Positions 32,599 through 44,936 of a stretch of DNA of 51,069 nt are shown piece by piece. The notes beneath the pieces are model-generated. The model had not been told where the DNA came from and did no database searches. It saw nothing but the letters and a program-made list of their open reading frames with translations. The position numbers were made by a program, and so were the translations under genes. The DNA is from an uncultured Rhodospirillaceae bacterium (GTDB taxonomy: Bacteria > Pseudomonadota > Alphaproteobacteria > Rhodospirillales > UBA2165): contig CAZXGI010000011.1 in assembly GCA_964639965.1 (NCBI GenBank), positions 1 to 51,069 on the forward strand, read 5' to 3'. How positions within the stretch are numbered: position 1 is the stretch's first letter; each line of letters opens with the position of its first letter.

Positions 32599-33371
32599 TA
32601 AGTTTGATTTCGCCGGTATATGGTTAGCAACCCCCTTAAGGTAAGGTTTTCCTCCCAATGATCTATTGCATCGGTCGCGTCTGAAAAAATAGAGGCAAGT
32701 CCACCGGTAGCAATAAATTTCATTTCTTCACCAATTTCGATTTTTATGCGATGGGTTATTCCTTCTATCATACTTACATAACCCCAAAATATCCCCGACT
32801 GCATGGCAGAGACGGTTCCAGTACCAATTATATTTCTTGGTTTTTCAATTGCTACTCGCGGCAATTGAGCCGCCCCCATGTGAAGAGCCTCAAGTGACAA
32901 GTTAATGCCGGGAGATATAATACCCCCTTTATAGTTACCTTCGGCGTCAATTATATCGAACGATGTGGCCGTCCCAAAATCAATAACAGTAACGGGGCCA
33001 CTATGGTATTCATTCGCAAAAACGGCGTTGCACAAACGATCAGCTCCTAATTCGCTAGGATTATCAATAAGAATATCAATTCCCAATTGAACGTTTGGCT
33101 CTCCAACAACAAGGGGCTCACAGTCAAAATAACGCGTACAGAGACTTTTTAAGTGGGTTAAATTAGCAGGAACTACTGTAGCTAAGATAGCAGATGTAAT
33201 ATCATTTCGAACAAGTTTCTCACTTTGCATCAATTGGTCAAGCCAAACAGCAAACTCATCTGCTGTTCGATTGACGTCAGATGCAGCACGCCACTCACAC
33301 CGCAATTGACCATCATCATCAAAAATGGCAAATACGATATTAGTATTACCTGAATCTATTGCTAGTAACAC
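32598..33371 (-). CDS. coaX: type III pantothenate kinase
   Basis: LLAIDSGNTNIVFAIF and DFGTATSFD are CoaX motifs. The protein is 257 aa. Confidence 0.92.
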   Translation of the reverse strand: MLLAIDSGNTNIVFAIFDDDGQLRCEWRAASDVNRTADEFAVWLDQLMQSEKLVRNDITSAILATVVPANLTHLKSLCTRYFDCEPLVVGEPNVQLGIDILIDNPSELGADRLCNAVFANEYHSGPVTVIDFGTATSFDIIDAEGNYKGGIISPGINLSLEALHMGAAQLPRVAIEKPRNIIGTGTVSAMQSGIFWGYVSMIEGITHRIKIEIGEEMKFIATGGLASIFSDATDAIDHWEENLTLRGLLTIYRRNQT

Positions 33372-34142
33372 CTAAAATTCTCCTGTTATGGGCAGCGAGT
33401 ATACTTCTCCAGCCGACAGTCGACGCGAGCCATCATTGGTCTTAATTATAAGTGATCCCTTCTCGTCTACGGTACGAAAAAAACCAGAAATCTTTTCACG
33501 GCCAAAATTAATTTGCAATACATCATCAATCATATGTCCTCTGGCAAGCCATTTTTTGCGCAGAGGTTCAAACCCCTTATCCTGCCAAACAGAGTATAAT
33601 TGAGCCAGATTCTGAATATATATTTCAACAACTTCTTTTATTTCTAATTCATTATCCAATTCATCTTTAATACTAGTAGCAGGATAAATAGTGCTAGTAG
33701 GAAAATGTTTTAAGTTTAAACCAAAACCTAAGACCACCCAATTAGCCCAAGATTTTTGATCAGATCCAGCTTCTAACAGAGTACCCCCAATTTTCTTTTT
33801 TTTTAATAGCAGATCATTCGGCCATTTGTATTTTAATTCAGTTAGCACTCCTAACAGATGCTCTAAAGTATTATGAGCAGCAATTACAGGGATAAAACTT
33901 AATTGAGCAGCTCTGAACAAATTACAATTCGGACGAAACAAAACTGAAATATACAAATTTCCTAGGTTTGAGACCCATTCCCTATGATTTCGACCCTTTC
34001 CTGAAGTTTGTGTTTTTGACCAAACAACTAGACCTTCATTAGCATTTTGAACAGCTCGACGTTTAACTTCCTCATTTGTACTGTCAACAGAATCCAGAAT
34101 TATCAAGTTATATCCATTAGGTAAATTGAAAGATTTGGACAT
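33372..34142 (-). CDS. birA: biotin--[acetyl-CoA-carboxylase] ligase (no N-terminal HTH domain)
   Basis: QTSGKGRNHREW is the GRGRxGRxW-type loop. At 256 aa the protein is catalytic-only. Confidence 0.88.
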   Translation of the reverse strand: MSKSFNLPNGYNLIILDSVDSTNEEVKRRAVQNANEGLVVWSKTQTSGKGRNHREWVSNLGNLYISVLFRPNCNLFRAAQLSFIPVIAAHNTLEHLLGVLTELKYKWPNDLLLKKKKIGGTLLEAGSDQKSWANWVVLGFGLNLKHFPTSTIYPATSIKDELDNELEIKEVVEIYIQNLAQLYSVWQDKGFEPLRKKWLARGHMIDDVLQINFGREKISGFFRTVDEKGSLIIKTNDGSRRLSAGEVYSLPITGEF

Positions 34143-34145
34143 GGC

Positions 34146-35630
34146 TTATCGTAGAAGAAGTGCCGTTGCAGCTTGCTCCGCACTACTAAACAAAGGCGCT
34201 GGATATAATATCAAAGATATAATTACAAAACCTGTCACTATCAGCACTGATTTTATTTCCAAGCTAATAGTCGGATCAAGTTCTTCACTAGAACGGTCAA
34301 AATACATAACCTTTACTATCCGGATGTAATAAAAAGCACCAATTACGCTACTAACCACACCAATAATTGCTAGCCCGTATAACTCGGCAAGCACCGCAGC
34401 CTCAAAGACATAAAGTTTTCCAAGAAAACCAGCGAGTGGAGGAATGCCAGCCATTGAAAACATAAAAATTGAGAAAATCATCGCCAAACCTGGTTTAGTT
34501 TTCGATAATCCTGCTAAATCATCGATAGATTCTAAAAAACGGCCATTTCTTTTCATTAACAATATACACGAAAACGTGCCAAGGTTCATGAAAACATAAA
34601 TACCGAGATACACCAACATACTCTTTATTCCATGGCTACGAATAGTAATTTCCTCCGCCACTCCGGCAACTGCTAGACCGATTAAGGCAAAGCCCATATG
34701 TCCAATAGAACTATAAGCCATCATTCGTTTAATATTTTTTTGATTAATCGCAGCAAAAGCGGCGAAGCCCATTGAAGCAACAGACATCAAAATTATAATC
34801 TGCTGCCATTGATCATCAAGATCGCCAAACGGTTCTATCATTGTTCGAACAAACAAGCCCATAGCTGCTATTTTCGGTGATAATGAAAAAAAGGCCGTGA
34901 CAGGTGTCGGAGCGCCTTCATAAACATCTGGTGTCCACATATGAAAAGGTACTGCTGAAACCTTAAAAGCAAATCCGGTTATAATGAAAACGAGACCGAC
35001 AACTATACCGACGAACGGGAATTCTCCATCCAAATTATCAAACACTTCAGCCAAGGAATTAAAGCTGGTCGAACCTGCAAAACCATAAATCAAAGAAATG
35101 CCATAAAGCATCAAGCCCGAGGATAGAGCTCCTAATATAAAATACTTTAAACCAGATTCTGCAGATCGAGCGCTATCTTTCTGAAAAGTTGCAATCACAT
35201 AAAGAGAAAGGCTTTGAAGTTCAACACCAAGATAAAGAGCGAGGAAATCATTGGATGAAATCATCATCAACATCCCAAGTGTCGCCATGCCTATGAGAAT
35301 TGGAAACTCAAAATGCCTTATAGATTGTGTTTTAAGGTACTCCCTAGAAATAATGATAACAGAGATCGCAGAAATAAGAACAAAGGTTTTTATGTAAACA
35401 GTGAATTCATTAACTATAAAAACGCCACCAAAAGTGGAACTAGATCCATTCATCGAAAAAAACATCAGTGAAATAACTATAATGAGCACTATAATACATC
35501 CATACGATGTTATTCGAGCTCTAGTGTTATCTCCCGCAAAAACACCAAGCATTAAAAGAAACATTAAAGAAACTGCAAGAACGATTTCCGGTAAAGCTGG
35601 TGTTAAATCGGGCACAACGGCTAATGGCAT
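34146..35630 (-). CDS. nuoN: NADH-quinone oxidoreductase subunit N
   Basis: This polytopic antiporter-like subunit is the last gene of the nuo operon. Confidence 0.93.
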   Translation of the reverse strand: MPLAVVPDLTPALPEIVLAVSLMFLLMLGVFAGDNTRARITSYGCIIVLIIVISLMFFSMNGSSSTFGGVFIVNEFTVYIKTFVLISAISVIIISREYLKTQSIRHFEFPILIGMATLGMLMMISSNDFLALYLGVELQSLSLYVIATFQKDSARSAESGLKYFILGALSSGLMLYGISLIYGFAGSTSFNSLAEVFDNLDGEFPFVGIVVGLVFIITGFAFKVSAVPFHMWTPDVYEGAPTPVTAFFSLSPKIAAMGLFVRTMIEPFGDLDDQWQQIIILMSVASMGFAAFAAINQKNIKRMMAYSSIGHMGFALIGLAVAGVAEEITIRSHGIKSMLVYLGIYVFMNLGTFSCILLMKRNGRFLESIDDLAGLSKTKPGLAMIFSIFMFSMAGIPPLAGFLGKLYVFEAAVLAELYGLAIIGVVSSVIGAFYYIRIVKVMYFDRSSEELDPTISLEIKSVLIVTGFVIISLILYPAPLFSSAEQAATALLLR

Positions 35631-35632
35631 AG

Positions 35633-37162
35633 TTAAAATCCTTTATTCAACCGTTCAACACTAGAAATATCTTGTGCGCTTGCAACAGAAAATTGATATC
35701 TTTCAATGAGGTCCTCTACTGAAACATGGATCACATCTAAAAATAAAGAAGGATAAATACCCATGATGATTACAGCTAAAACTAATGGAGAAAAAATAGC
35801 AATTTCGCGGGCATTAACATCCATAATGTTTTTCAAGTTTTCTTTAACAAAAGCCCCAAAAATAACACGACGATATAGATACAACATATAAGCCGCGCCA
35901 AGAACTAACCCCGTAGTCGCAAAAGCTGCTACCAAAGCATTAGTCTTAAAGGCTCCAATCAAGACTAGAAACTCTCCTACGAAACCACTTGTACCTGGCA
36001 ATCCAATCGAGGCCATTATCAAAATCAGGAAAATTAAAGCATATTTTGGCATTCGACTAACAAGACCCCCATAGGAACCAATTTCCCTGCTATGAATTCG
36101 ATCATAAACGACCCCAACGACCAGAAATAGCCCGGCAGATATAATGCCATGACTTAACATCTGAATGATGGCTCCTTCTATACCCTGTGAATTAGCGCTA
36201 AAAACACCGATAGTAACAAACCCCATATGGGCAATCGAAGAATATGCAATCAACTTTTTCATGTCCTCTTGCACCAGAGCGACAAGTGAGGTGTAAATAA
36301 TGGCTATAACGCTAATTGTAAAAATCAGTGGTGTGAAGTCTGCCGAGGCAAGTGGAAACATCGGCAACGAAAACCGTAAAAATCCATAACCACCGAATTT
36401 CAAAAGAACTCCCGCCAATATAACTGATCCAGCAGTAGGCGCCTCAACGTGAGCATCCGGCAACCAGGTATGAACAGGCCACATAGGGACCTTAACGGCG
36501 AATGAGGTGAAAAAAGCCAGCCAAAGCCATGTTTGTAACGTTACCGGGAAGTTGTATTTTAACAAAATAGTCATATCTGAAGTACCGGCCTCTGTTACCA
36601 TGGTTAAAATAGCTATCAGCATAAGGACGGAACCAGCTAACGTATAAAGAAAAAATTTATACGCAGCATAGTTTCTCCGAGGTCCTCCCCAGACACCAAT
36701 TATTATGAACATAGGAATTAAGACGCCTTCAAAAAAAACATAAAAAAGTATCAAATCAAGAGATGAAAACATGCCCACCATGAACGTTTCTAAAACTAAA
36801 AACGCAATCATGTACTCTTTAACACGGTCCGTGATAGACACCCAACTCGCGAGAATACAAATAACAATTAAAAATGTTGATAGAATAACAAAAAACATAG
36901 AGATACCATCAACACCCATATGATAAGATAAATTTAGACTTGGTACCCAAACTACTTTTTCAACAAATTGAAACCCTGAAAACGAAACATCAAAATTGAA
37001 CCAAATACCCAGAGAAACAATGAACGTAACTATTGATGTCCAAAGCGCGATGCGACGCGCATTACGCGCAGTTATTTCTTCACCTCCCCTGATAAGTAAA
37101 ATAAAAAAAACACCAACGAGTGGGGCAAATGTCACGACTGACAACCAAGAAAAATCGGTCAT
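35633..37162 (-). CDS. nuoM: NADH-quinone oxidoreductase subunit M
   Basis: The antiporter-like subunit contains WLPDAHVEAPTAGSVILAG. I preferred the ATG at 37162 over the TTG at 37189, which overlaps nuoL. Confidence 0.93.
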   Translation of the reverse strand: MTDFSWLSVVTFAPLVGVFFILLIRGGEEITARNARRIALWTSIVTFIVSLGIWFNFDVSFSGFQFVEKVVWVPSLNLSYHMGVDGISMFFVILSTFLIVICILASWVSITDRVKEYMIAFLVLETFMVGMFSSLDLILFYVFFEGVLIPMFIIIGVWGGPRRNYAAYKFFLYTLAGSVLMLIAILTMVTEAGTSDMTILLKYNFPVTLQTWLWLAFFTSFAVKVPMWPVHTWLPDAHVEAPTAGSVILAGVLLKFGGYGFLRFSLPMFPLASADFTPLIFTISVIAIIYTSLVALVQEDMKKLIAYSSIAHMGFVTIGVFSANSQGIEGAIIQMLSHGIISAGLFLVVGVVYDRIHSREIGSYGGLVSRMPKYALIFLILIMASIGLPGTSGFVGEFLVLIGAFKTNALVAAFATTGLVLGAAYMLYLYRRVIFGAFVKENLKNIMDVNAREIAIFSPLVLAVIIMGIYPSLFLDVIHVSVEDLIERYQFSVASAQDISSVERLNKGF

Positions 37163-37167
37163 TAGAT

Positions 37168-39135
37168 CTAACCCCGCACCAAAAACCAAGTGATAAAGAC
37201 TACTGCTCCTAGTAACATTACAAAGGCATAATGATACATATATCCGGTTTGAATCGCTCCTGCTCGCCGAGCAAGGACACGCACAGCCGCAGCAATTCCA
37301 TTGGGACCAACCCCATCAATCAGCGCCCCATCTATGGCTTTCCATAAGTTGCGACCTATTTCAAATGCCGGTTTAACTAGAAATTTTTCATAAACCTCAT
37401 CAAAATACCATTTATTTAATAAGAATCTATGTAGGCCCTGGAAACCGGATGAAAGCGCAACGGGCAACCCAGGGGCAAAAAAATACATCAGGTAAGCAAA
37501 CGCTATTCCGGCCAAACCAAATGTCATAGGTAAAAATTTTATAAAAATCGGAACAAGATGTGCATTCACAAGACTTCGGTGACTATCTAGAACAAGGATA
37601 GAATTACCCCAAAATTCAACCGCATGTTTGCCTATAAAATACTCATTAGAAAAAACTCCAATGAATAAAGCGCCTAACGCTAGAAAACATAAAGGCAATA
37701 TCATTATGGGAGGCGACTCGTGTACATGAGCCAAAGTAGTTTCATCTGCTCGGGAATTACCATGGAAGGTTAAAATGATAAGACGCCATGAATAAAACGC
37801 TGTTAGGAAAGCGACAAAAATCCCTAACCAAAAAGCATATTTACCAACAAACGTTTCAGAAGCCCAAGCAGCTTCAAGGATTATATCTTTTGAGAAAAAA
37901 CCGGAAAACGGCCATATGCCCGCAAGAGCTAAACTACCGATCCACATAAAAACATATGTAACTGGAATTAATCTACCAAGCCCTCCCATTTTACGCATAT
38001 CCTGCTCATCTGACATTGCATGAATAATTGCTCCTGCTCCTAAAAATAAAAGCGATTTAAAAAAAGCGTGAGTAATTAAATGAAACATACCAGCCGAATA
38101 AGCCGACACACCCAAGGCAAAAAACATATAACCCAGTTGCGAGCATGTGGAATAGGCAATTACCCTCTTTATATCATTTTGAACGCAAGCAACTGTTGCA
38201 GCAAAAATTGCTGTTGAAGCACCTACTATTGTTACTACAGCCAAAGCTGTTTCCGAATATTCGAAAAGTGGTGATAACCGAACAACCATGAAAACCCCGG
38301 CAGTAACCATCGTTGCAGCATGAATCAACGCAGATACAGGCGTAGGGCCTTCCATAGCATCTGGCAACCATACATGAAAACCTAGCTGTGCCGATTTGCC
38401 CATAGCCCCAACAAATAATAACAGACAAGCTAATGTAAGTGCATGAAATTTTGAAGAAAAAATCTCAACTGTAGCCGAGGATTTTTCCTCAGCCAATTCA
38501 AAAATTGCATCAAACTCAACACTATCAAAAAGAAAAAACAAAATAAAAATTCCAATGGCAAAGCCAAGATCACCTACTCGGTTAACAATAAATGCTTTAA
38601 TGGCTGCTTTGTTCGCGGATTCTCGAGTATGCCAAAAACCAATTAAAAGGTAAGAAGCTAAGCCTACTCCTTCCCAACCAAAGAACATTTGAACAAGATT
38701 ATTTGAAGAAACTAGCATCAACATAAAAAAGGTAAATAAACTTAAATAAGCCATAAAACGAGGGATAGATTTATCATGAGCCATATAGCCAATAGAATAA
38801 ATATGGATCATTGATGAAACTACCGTTACCATCGCGACCATCAAAACTGAAAGTGTATCCCCCTTAACTGCCCAAGAAAATTCAAGTGTGCCTGAAATAA
38901 CCCAAGGAAAGAGTTCAACTTCTGGATTTTGTCCATTAAAGACAGCGTCAAAAAAAACCAAAACTGCTGCTAATGCTGCTGACACCATAGCAGCACAAGT
39001 AACAATTACAGAAATCAAATCTATACGACTTTTCTCTTTTTGAGCTCTATCTTCCTTAAACGCTAAACCAGTAAAAGAAAGGACGCCTGCAATCAAACTA
39101 CCAAATAATGGCAAAAATATAGCGGCTAAGTACAT
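37168..39135 (-). CDS. nuoL: NADH-quinone oxidoreductase subunit L
   Basis: The 655-aa antiporter-like subunit contains WLPDAMEGPTPVSALIHAATMV and a C-terminal lateral helix region. Confidence 0.94.
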   Translation of the reverse strand: MYLAAIFLPLFGSLIAGVLSFTGLAFKEDRAQKEKSRIDLISVIVTCAAMVSAALAAVLVFFDAVFNGQNPEVELFPWVISGTLEFSWAVKGDTLSVLMVAMVTVVSSMIHIYSIGYMAHDKSIPRFMAYLSLFTFFMLMLVSSNNLVQMFFGWEGVGLASYLLIGFWHTRESANKAAIKAFIVNRVGDLGFAIGIFILFFLFDSVEFDAIFELAEEKSSATVEIFSSKFHALTLACLLLFVGAMGKSAQLGFHVWLPDAMEGPTPVSALIHAATMVTAGVFMVVRLSPLFEYSETALAVVTIVGASTAIFAATVACVQNDIKRVIAYSTCSQLGYMFFALGVSAYSAGMFHLITHAFFKSLLFLGAGAIIHAMSDEQDMRKMGGLGRLIPVTYVFMWIGSLALAGIWPFSGFFSKDIILEAAWASETFVGKYAFWLGIFVAFLTAFYSWRLIILTFHGNSRADETTLAHVHESPPIMILPLCFLALGALFIGVFSNEYFIGKHAVEFWGNSILVLDSHRSLVNAHLVPIFIKFLPMTFGLAGIAFAYLMYFFAPGLPVALSSGFQGLHRFLLNKWYFDEVYEKFLVKPAFEIGRNLWKAIDGALIDGVGPNGIAAAVRVLARRAGAIQTGYMYHYAFVMLLGAVVFITWFLVRG

Positions 39136-39142
39136 TGCCAGC

Positions 39143-39454
39143 TTAACCTTTCATCGAGTTAGCGTTTTCAACTTCAATGTTTGCACGATTTCGGAAAAAA
39201 ACAATCAATATTGCCAGACCGATTGCCGCTTCACCTGCGGCAACCGTTAAAATGAATAAAGAAAATATCTGGCCAAATATATCGCCCAGAAAAGAGGAAA
39301 AAGTAACAAAGTTGATGTTAACGGATAGCAAAATTAATTCGATAGCCATTAAGATAACTATTACATTATTTCGGTTTAGAAAAATACCAAATATACCGAT
39401 TGTGAAAAGAATCGAAGCGAGAATCAAATAATGAGACAAGCCTATTTCAAGCAT
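39143..39454 (-). CDS. nuoK: NADH-quinone oxidoreductase subunit K
   Basis: The 103-aa protein has three transmembrane segments and contains [12 protein letters not shown]. Confidence 0.93.
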   Translation of the reverse strand: MLEIGLSHYLILASILFTIGIFGIFLNRNNVIVILMAIELILLSVNINFVTFSSFLGDIFGQIFSLFILTVAAGEAAIGLAILIVFFRNRANIEVENANSMKG

Positions 39455-40065
39455 TATACACCGCTTCCTGATTCAATCTTTTTAACTTCAATGGTGTTAC
39501 TTGGGTTTCGAGAAAGCTGATCACCAACATTTTGTTTCAATACGTCAGTCCTTGTACGATGGGTTAAAATAATCGCTCCAATCATGGCAACTAAAAGTAT
39601 CAAACCAGCAGTCTGAAAATAATAGATATAATGGGTGTAAACAATATTCCCAATGGCCTCAGTATTTGTTAATTGATCGCGTATAGGCTGAATTATAAAG
39701 TTTTTTTCAACATCAGGAGTAAATGTCCAACTGCCAACAATCACCCCAAGTTCCATTAACAATATAAATCCAATTAACGCTCCAAGAGGCAAATAATGTA
39801 GAAAACGATCACGAACTTCAGTAATACTTATATCAAGCATCATCACAACAAACATAAATAAAACAGCAACGGCTCCAACATAAACAACAATTAAAATCAT
39901 CGACAAAAATTCTGCCCCTAAAAGAACAAACAAACCGGCAGAATTAAAAAAAACTAATATTAGAAATAAAACCGAGTGGACGGGATTTCGGCTAGTAATC
40001 ACAAATATAGCTGCAAAAACAGCCACCGAAGAAAACAAGTAGAACGCCAAAGCGGCAAAAACCAT
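39454..40065 (-). CDS. nuoJ: NADH-quinone oxidoreductase subunit J
   Basis: The 203-aa membrane subunit contains [17 protein letters not shown]. Confidence 0.92.
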   Translation of the reverse strand: MVFAALAFYLFSSVAVFAAIFVITSRNPVHSVLFLILVFFNSAGLFVLLGAEFLSMILIVVYVGAVAVLFMFVVMMLDISITEVRDRFLHYLPLGALIGFILLMELGVIVGSWTFTPDVEKNFIIQPIRDQLTNTEAIGNIVYTHYIYYFQTAGLILLVAMIGAIILTHRTRTDVLKQNVGDQLSRNPSNTIEVKKIESGSGV

Positions 40066-40075
40066 TTTTATGCTC

Positions 40076-40564
40076 CTATCTATATGGCGCAGTTAATTCT
40101 AACCGAGCGGCAAGTTCTGTTTCCCATCTATCTCCATTATCAAGAAGTTTGTTTTTATCATAGAGCAATTCCTCTCTTGTTTCAGTAGCAAACTCAAAAT
40201 TTGGGCCTTCAACAATTGCATCAACAGGGCACGATTCCTCGCAATAGCCGCAATAAATACATTTTACCATATCAATGTCATAACGCGTTGTCCGACGACT
40301 TCCATCTTCGCGGGGCTCTGCTTCAATAGTTATCGCTTGAGCAGGACAAATTGCTTCACATAACTTGCAAGCAATACAACGCTCCTCACCATTTGGATAA
40401 CGTCTTAAAGCGTGTTCACCCCTAAAACGCGGGCTTAAAGGACCCTTTTCATAAGGGTAATTGAGTGTGACTTTAGGTTTGAAAAAATACTTTAAAGTGA
40501 GCAGCATACCATGTAAAAGCTCGGCAAGAAAAATAGACTTAAATCCTTGGTCAATTGCGCCCAT
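40076..40564 (-). CDS. nuoI: NADH-quinone oxidoreductase subunit I
   Basis: The protein has two 4Fe-4S ferredoxin motifs, [12 protein letters not shown] and [12 protein letters not shown]. Confidence 0.95.
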   Translation of the reverse strand: MGAIDQGFKSIFLAELLHGMLLTLKYFFKPKVTLNYPYEKGPLSPRFRGEHALRRYPNGEERCIACKLCEAICPAQAITIEAEPREDGSRRTTRYDIDMVKCIYCGYCEESCPVDAIVEGPNFEFATETREELLYDKNKLLDNGDRWETELAARLELTAPYR

Positions 40565-40583
40565 TAGTAAACTTCCCCCACTT

Positions 40584-41615
40584 CTACTTCAATGCTAGAT
40601 GTTTCAATGGTGCAATATCAAATGCCTGAACCACGCCAGCCACCACAACTACTGATGCTAATGAAATGGGTAAAAAAACTTTCCATCCAAGCCTCATAAG
40701 TTGATCATAGCGATACCGCGGAAAAGTTGCGCGCACCCAAAGAAAAATAAAAAGCAAACAACAGATCTTAATAATAAACCAAAGAGGTCCCGGAAGCCAA
40801 TTAAATGGAGCTATATCAACGGGAGGCAACCAACCACCCAAAAACAAAATTGTTGTCATAGAACACATTAGTATCATATTGGCGTACTCTCCTAGAAAAA
40901 AAAGGGCAAATGTCATTGCCGAATACTCAACATTATAACCAGCAACCAGCTCTGCCTCGGCTTCAGGTAAATCAAAAGGGTGACGGTTGGTTTCAGCGAA
41001 AGTTGAAATAAAAAAGATAATAAACATTGGAAATAAAGGAAATATGAACCAAATACTCTCTTTTTGTGCGTTCACAATATCCGAAAGATTCAATGACCCA
41101 GCAACCAGCAATACAGTAATAATGATAAAACCCATCGACACTTCGTAAGAAATCATTTGAGCTGCAGAGCGGATCGCCCCCAAGAAAGCATATTTGGAAT
41201 TGCTCGCCCACCCCGCCATTAAAATGCCATAGACACCAAGCGATGAAATTGCAAAAAGATATAAAATTCCAACATTAATGTTGGCAATAACCATACCTTC
41301 GCCAAATGGTATAACAGCCCAAGCGACTAAAGCTAAAGAAAAGGTCACCATTGGCGCCATAACAAAAACAACGCGATTAGCACCTGACGGTATTATAGTT
41401 TCCTTGCAGAATAACTTTAATCCGTCAGCTAATGGTTGCAATAAACCAAATGGCCCAACCACATTTGGACCACGCCGCAAGTGTATTGCCGCAATAACTT
41501 TCCGTTCCGCGTAAGTGAGATAGGCTACCCCAAGTAATAGAGGAATAATAATTCCAAAAACTTGCAAAAGAATTGAAATAAAAGGCCATACATCTAATCC
41601 CCAAATTTCAAACAT
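40584..41615 (-). CDS. nuoH: NADH-quinone oxidoreductase subunit H
   Basis: [29 protein letters not shown] is the NuoH signature. The ATG at 41615 overlaps the nuoG stop by 8 nt. The ORF track uses the TTG at 41633. Confidence 0.94.
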   Translation of the reverse strand: MFEIWGLDVWPFISILLQVFGIIIPLLLGVAYLTYAERKVIAAIHLRRGPNVVGPFGLLQPLADGLKLFCKETIIPSGANRVVFVMAPMVTFSLALVAWAVIPFGEGMVIANINVGILYLFAISSLGVYGILMAGWASNSKYAFLGAIRSAAQMISYEVSMGFIIITVLLVAGSLNLSDIVNAQKESIWFIFPLFPMFIIFFISTFAETNRHPFDLPEAEAELVAGYNVEYSAMTFALFFLGEYANMILMCSMTTILFLGGWLPPVDIAPFNWLPGPLWFIIKICCLLFIFLWVRATFPRYRYDQLMRLGWKVFLPISLASVVVVAGVVQAFDIAPLKHLALK

Positions 41616-43638
41616 TCTCACTTCCCATTTCAACTTTTTCTTGCTTTTCCTTTGTGCAAGCAGCCATTGTCAGAGAGGCTCGACTAATTGGATCAGTCAT
41701 GAAAAAATTTTCCATGCTATTTAAAAAATCAGTATTGGATATTTTTCCATTATTACCAAACTTCCCCCATTTTGCCGGCGTTATCTTATCAATGTTCGCT
41801 AGAGATGGAGTATTTTTTATCATCTCCGATCTCAGTTCATTCAGAGAATTGAAAGGCAAAGTAGCTTTGAGTTCTTCCGACAAGGCTCGTATAATCGACC
41901 AATCTTCTCGAGCCTCTCCCACAGGTAAAGTTGCAACCTGTGTCCGCTGGACCCGACCTTCTAAATTTATGTAAGTGGCATTTTTTTCGGTATAGGCGGC
42001 ACCTGGTAAAACAATATCGGCACGATGTGCCCCAAAATCGCCGTGATGGCCAATATAAACAACAAAGGAATCACCAAGAGTTTTCATATCTATTTCATCC
42101 GCACCAAGAAGAAAGAAAATTTTAATTTCCTCAAATAAAATATTTTTCTTTGGTACAAAACCAAGATCCAAACCTCCGACGCGAGATGCTGCCGTGTGAA
42201 GAACGTTAAAGCCGTTCCACTCTTTTGATATCATACCAGCGTCTTCAGCTATTTTTCGCGTCAAACCCAAAACTGCTTCACCATCCGCTCGACTCAAAAC
42301 ACTAGAGCCAACAATAATCATTGGGTTTTTGGCTTTTTTTAAAACTTTAGAAAATTTATTTAAACCAGAAACTACATCTAACAAAGTATCTGGTCCTGCC
42401 CCTAAATACTTATAATCGTATGTCAAATTAACTTTTTCACCAATCAAAGCTACATTTAACCCACCTTGAAGAAACCTCTTACGAATTCTAGCATTCAATA
42501 CAGGACTTTCGATGCGAGGGTTCGAACCGACAATTAAAATAGCATCCGTTTCATCAATTCCAACAATTTTTGAATTAAATAGATAACCCGCCCTCGAACC
42601 TTTACCGATTTTTGCTCCATCTTGACGGCAATCAACATTTGAAGACCCTAATTTATCTAAAAGTAGCTTAACTGAATACATCGTTTCGCAATCAGCTTGA
42701 TCTCCGGCAATTGCAGCTATTTTATTTCCATCAACCCTTTTTACTTTTTTTGCAATATATTCGAAAGCTTCAGCCCAACTACATACTTCTAATTTGCCAT
42801 TTTTGCGACGAAAAGGTCGGTCTAAACGTTGACGCCGAAGGCCGTCGTATGCAAAACGAGCTTTATCTGAAATCCATTCTTCATTCACATCATCATTGTT
42901 TCGAGGGATCACACGTAAAACTTCTGTTCCCCGAGTATCAACTCGGATATTAGAACCAATTGCATCCATCACATCGATACTTTCTGTTTTCTTGAGCTCC
43001 CAAGCCCGAGCATTAAAAGAATAGGGTTTTGAAATGAGTGCCCCGACCGGACATAAATCAATTATGTTGCCAGATAATTCAGATGAGAGTGTTTTCTCGA
43101 CATATGTTCCAACCTCCATATTTTCGCCACGACCGGTAGCTCCAAGTTCAGGAACACCAGCCACCTCTGTGGCAAAGCGTATGCAACGAGTACAATGAAT
43201 ACAACGTGTCATTACTGTTGACACAAGAGGTCCTAAATATTTGTCTTTAACAGCACGCTTGCTCTCAGCATAACGAGATCGGTCTCGACCAAAACCCATC
43301 GCCTGATCTTGAAGATCACACTCCCCACCTTGATCACAAATTGGACAATCGAGTGGGTGATTAATCAAAAGAAATTCCATCACACCCTTGCGAGCATTAA
43401 CAACTTCATCTGAATTGGTTGTAATGACCATTCCTTCGCCGGCTGGCATCGCACAGGAAGCTATCGGTTTAGGAGAGCGATCCATCTCCACGAGGCACAT
43501 ACGGCAATTTCCAGCAATTGATAGACGCTCATGATAGCAGAACCTTGGAACTTCTATGCCAGCAACTTCACAAGCTTGCAAAACCGTAAATCCGTCTTCG
43601 ACTTCCACTTCAATTCCATCAATTGTTAGCTTTGGCAT
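41608..43638 (-). CDS. nuoG: NADH-quinone oxidoreductase subunit G (75-kDa type)
   Basis: The protein has an N-terminal 2Fe-2S motif ([18 protein letters not shown]) and 4Fe-4S motifs ([27 protein letters not shown]). It is 676 aa. Confidence 0.95.
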   Translation of the reverse strand: MPKLTIDGIEVEVEDGFTVLQACEVAGIEVPRFCYHERLSIAGNCRMCLVEMDRSPKPIASCAMPAGEGMVITTNSDEVVNARKGVMEFLLINHPLDCPICDQGGECDLQDQAMGFGRDRSRYAESKRAVKDKYLGPLVSTVMTRCIHCTRCIRFATEVAGVPELGATGRGENMEVGTYVEKTLSSELSGNIIDLCPVGALISKPYSFNARAWELKKTESIDVMDAIGSNIRVDTRGTEVLRVIPRNNDDVNEEWISDKARFAYDGLRRQRLDRPFRRKNGKLEVCSWAEAFEYIAKKVKRVDGNKIAAIAGDQADCETMYSVKLLLDKLGSSNVDCRQDGAKIGKGSRAGYLFNSKIVGIDETDAILIVGSNPRIESPVLNARIRKRFLQGGLNVALIGEKVNLTYDYKYLGAGPDTLLDVVSGLNKFSKVLKKAKNPMIIVGSSVLSRADGEAVLGLTRKIAEDAGMISKEWNGFNVLHTAASRVGGLDLGFVPKKNILFEEIKIFFLLGADEIDMKTLGDSFVVYIGHHGDFGAHRADIVLPGAAYTEKNATYINLEGRVQRTQVATLPVGEAREDWSIIRALSEELKATLPFNSLNELRSEMIKNTPSLANIDKITPAKWGKFGNNGKISNTDFLNSMENFFMTDPISRASLTMAACTKEKQEKVEMGSENV

Positions 43639-43652
43639 TCTATCTATCCAAC

Positions 43653-44933
43653 TTAAGCAGCTGCATTTTTTTTTGCTTCTTTAATTCGAAGCTCTAACTC
43701 TGGCCGAAAGTGTCGGATCAAGCCTTGTACAGGCCAGGCAGCGGCATCACCGAGCGCACATATAGTATGCCCTTCAACTTGCCGGGTCACCTCTTCAAGA
43801 AGATCAATTTCATCTGCAGATGCATTGCCAGTAACCATGCGGGACATCATCCTTGATATCCAACCTGTTCCTTCTCTACAAGGCGTACATTGACCACAAC
43901 TTTCGTGCTTATAAAATCTAGAAAGCCGAGCAATAGCAGCAACAATATCAGTAGTTTTGTCCATCACCATCACAGCAGCTGTCCCTAAGCCAGATTGATG
44001 GTCACGTAAAGAATCAAAATCCATTAAAACTGAATCGCAAATTGACTTAGGAAGACAAGGTACTGATGCGCCTCCTGGAATAATAGCCAATAAACTTTTC
44101 CAACCACCTTGAACCCCGCCAGCATGTTTTTCAATAAGTTCTTTAAGAGGTATACTCATCTCTTCTTCAACCGTACATGGTTGTTCAACATGACCAGAAA
44201 TATTAAACAATTTTACTCCTGTATTATTAGCACGACCAAATCCAGCAAACCAACTTGCCCCTCGCCGCAAAATCGTCGGAGTAACGGCTATCGACTCAAC
44301 ATTGTTTACTGTAGAAGGACATCCATAGAGACCAGCATTTGCTGGAAACGGTGGTTTTAATCTAGGTTGACCTTTTTTCCCTTCAAGGCTTTCTATGAGA
44401 GCTGTTTCTTCACCACATATATACGCGCCCATGCCTCGGTGAATATAACAATCAAAGTTAAAGCCAGATCCACATGCATTTTTTCCTATCAGACCTGAAT
44501 CATATGCTTCATCGAGAGCCTTTTGTAGAGCTTTTGTTTCTCGAAAGAACTCTCCCCTGACATAAATATATGCCGCATTAGCCCCGATTGCGAATCCCGC
44601 GATTAAACATCCCTCAATCAATTTATGGGGTTCATGTCTTATGATTTCTCGATCTTTGCAAGTACCGGGTTCTCCTTCATCAGCATTAACGACTAAATAA
44701 TGCGGTCTACCATCAGACTCTTTAGGCATGAAAGACCATTTTAAACCAGTGCTAAAACCAGCACCACCACGACCGCGAAGACCAGACTCTTTAATATTTT
44801 CAATAATCCAATCGGGACCCTTACCCAATATATTTTTTGTGCAATCCCAATCACCTCTAGATTTTGCTCCGGCTAAAAATGAATCTTGGTAGCCGTAAAT
44901 ATTCGTAAAAATGCGATCTTGATCTTTCAACAC
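43653..44933 (-). CDS. nuoF: NADH-quinone oxidoreductase subunit F
   Basis: [16 protein letters not shown] is the FMN/NADH site and [12 protein letters not shown] is the N3 cluster motif. Confidence 0.96.
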   Translation of the reverse strand: MLKDQDRIFTNIYGYQDSFLAGAKSRGDWDCTKNILGKGPDWIIENIKESGLRGRGGAGFSTGLKWSFMPKESDGRPHYLVVNADEGEPGTCKDREIIRHEPHKLIEGCLIAGFAIGANAAYIYVRGEFFRETKALQKALDEAYDSGLIGKNACGSGFNFDCYIHRGMGAYICGEETALIESLEGKKGQPRLKPPFPANAGLYGCPSTVNNVESIAVTPTILRRGASWFAGFGRANNTGVKLFNISGHVEQPCTVEEEMSIPLKELIEKHAGGVQGGWKSLLAIIPGGASVPCLPKSICDSVLMDFDSLRDHQSGLGTAAVMVMDKTTDIVAAIARLSRFYKHESCGQCTPCREGTGWISRMMSRMVTGNASADEIDLLEEVTRQVEGHTICALGDAAAWPVQGLIRHFRPELELRIKEAKKNAAA

Positions 44934-44936
44934 TGG